NCBI RefSeq assembly: GCF_001194135.2
Contig: NC_068982.1
Span: forward strand, 101,870,102-101,909,940
Length of the DNA: 39,839 nucleotides
DNA from: Octopus bimaculoides
Lineage: Eukaryota
Direction of reading: 5' to 3'
Below, one piece after another: positions 37,608 through 39,839 of the stretch (within the stretch, counting starts at the first letter, position 1; each line of letters starts with the position of its first letter). The notes below the pieces were generated by a model. It had not been told where the DNA came from and made no database searches. It saw only the letters and a list, made by a program, of their open reading frames with translations. The position numbers and the translations under genes were made by a program.

Positions 37608-38364
37608 NNNNNNNNNNNNNNNNNNNNNNNNNNNNNNNNNNNNNNNNNNNNNNNNNNNNNNNNNNNNNNNNNNNNNNNNNNNNNNNNNNNNNNNNNNNNN
37701 NNNNNNNNNNNNNNNNNNNNNNNNNNNNNNNNNNNNNNNNNNNNNNNNNNNNNNNNNNNNNNNNNNNNNNNNNNNNNNNNNNNNNNNNNNNNNNNNNNNN
37801 NNNNNNNNNNNNNNNNNNNNNNNNNNNNNNNNNNNNNNNNNNNNNNNNNNNNNNNNNNNNNNNNNNNNNNNNNNNNNNNNNNNNNNNNNNNNNNNNNNNN
37901 NNNNNNNNNNNNNNNNNNNNNNNNNNNNNNNNNNNNNNNNNNNNNNNNNNNNNNNNNNNNNNNNNNNNNNNNNNNNNNNNNNNNNNNNNNNNNNNNNNNN
38001 NNNNNNNNNNNNNNNNNNNNNNNNNNNNNNNNNNNNNNNNNNNNNNNNNNNNNNNNNNNNNNNNNNNNNNNNNNNNNNNNNNNNNNNNNNNNNNNNNNNN
38101 NNNNNNNNNNNNNNNNNNNNNNNNNNNNNNNNNNNNNNNNNNNNNNNNNNNNNNNNNNNNNNNNNNNNNNNNNNNNNNNNNNNNNNNNNNNNNNNNNNNN
38201 NNNNNNNNNNNNNNNNNNNNNNNNNNNNNNNNNNNNNNNNNNNNNNNNNNNNNNNNNNNNNNNNNNNNNNNNNNNNNNNNNNNNNNNNNNNNNNNNNNNN
38301 NNNNNNNNNNNNNNNNNNNNNNNNNNNNNNNNNNNNNNNNNNNNNNNNNNNNNNNNNNNNNNNN
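37608..38364. other. Assembly gap (757 N)
   Basis: Run of N flanked on both sides by (TA)n. Confidence 1.
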
Positions 38365-38403
<39 letters not shown>

Positions 38404-39839
38404 TATCATTCAGCGAATTTTATTCTTTATGTGTATATTTATTTATATTCGTTTATGCATTCACTAACACATACGTATATTCATGCATAAATACATATAC
38501 ACGAAAGGAAATTCTTTGTTTTATTTTGCACATAAAACGGACAGAATTTGTTATGCTATCAGTCGCAGATGTAGTTATTACAAATAATTCATATTGTTTA
38601 CTTATTTGGCGTTGAATCGAAACTGTTGGTGATAATAAAAAAAATATACTGGAACTTCTTTCAGAAAGTGACTAAATCCATAACTTACTGGGGAGATGAA
38701 AAAAATCTTTCAATACGTATTTGTCTCATAAAAGCTTAAAATCTTTTTAGCTATTAAAAGCTATTATTCTCATCGATAAATGTCTTACTTTATTTCTGAC
38801 TTTTCTTTTCAACTATTTTATTTTGTATTTTGTCTTGGTCAAATTATTTTCATTTTCCATTAAAGAAAATAAATGTTATTCTGTTTATATTTTAGTGATG
38901 AGAAAACAGGCTAACCAAGTCACGATGGTGTCGGCTTTGTGGTCGATGTATTGATGACAATTTGTTTAACAGTCACTGGCTCAGTCCATCTAACTGTAAA
39001 TATCATCTATCAAACCATTAAACCGATATAGAAATTGCAGACGGGACCAATATTTGAACAACATCATGTATAAAACCTTGAAATGACCGTTAAACCTGTA
39101 GGATTTCTAATTTAATTCAGAAAACTAAAACAAGTTTACGTTATTCTTTACAGGCATATCGGAAATTTTAATCTTTCATGAAATTCATTGAAATCTATTT
39201 TCAAATGTATGCTTTGTCTAATAAACTTAGTTAACTTACTTACCTAGTTCAATATTTACTGGTATTGAACACGAAAATCTAATTTTGTTGCAAAATGTGT
39301 TGTTTTTCATAGTAACTGGTTGAAAAAGAATAATCTGAATCTATAGCTGTAAGCCCTATTGTAATATCATTTCAGTCAAAATAGGAGATTAGAAGTATTT
39401 GGAGTATTAATTAATAATTCCTCAATTCTTTTCCTTCTCTAAATATTTCCTTACCAAACACAAGCACCAGTTTAACAAATGACAGGAAGACACCTCTGGT
39501 GATATCTCTTTGGATTGAGCAGACTCCCATTAACTAAATAGTTTATCGCTCGATCAATATGACCGTGGGAATCTTCGTCATATTATTACCTCACCAGCAT
39601 CGTTCTTTGAGGGCAGAGATGATCGAGAGTGTATAATTGGTCGATGCCAATGCATTCAATAAAGGAACAAGCATTGTATATAATCTCCATTGACTCTCTC
39701 TATCCGGGACGTACATAGTTTAACTCACAGGTTCTAATCGGCAACAGCAACACTGTATAATTGACTAAAGTTTCTTTCGCTCCCTCTTCATCCCCTCTCT
39801 CTATATTTATAAAGGTGTGTGCATATATATATATATATA

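Overview
This is AT-rich eukaryotic genomic DNA with two assembly gaps (29921-30240 and 37608-38364), and it is very probably intergenic or intronic octopus (coleoid cephalopod) sequence. That assignment is inferred from the extreme microsatellite load and from tRNA-derived SINEs matching my recollection of Octopus consensus sequences; no database was searched. I cannot support any recognisable intact protein-coding gene, tRNA, rRNA or CRISPR array. Most ORFs in the supplied track are translations of microsatellites or N-gaps. The window is mostly transposable-element debris: a head-to-tail cluster of R4/Dong-clade non-LTR retrotransposon 3' ends set in (TACA)n tracts (5860-7447) with further 3'UTR-only copies at about 14340-14710, two degenerate Gypsy pol remnants, a CR1/L2-group RT remnant, a MULE transposase pseudogene, a hAT-type MITE with TIRs, and about a dozen SINE copies. 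The leads not explained by these elements are a three-exon minus-strand splice-signal structure (8193-8971), a plus-strand exon pair (16647-17223), an unclassified duplicated segment (9445/12526), an inverted SINE pair able to form dsRNA, and a possibly decayed hammerhead-like motif. I found no convincing evidence of a wholly new biological system; the TACA-associated R4 cluster and the spliced candidates are the best leads.
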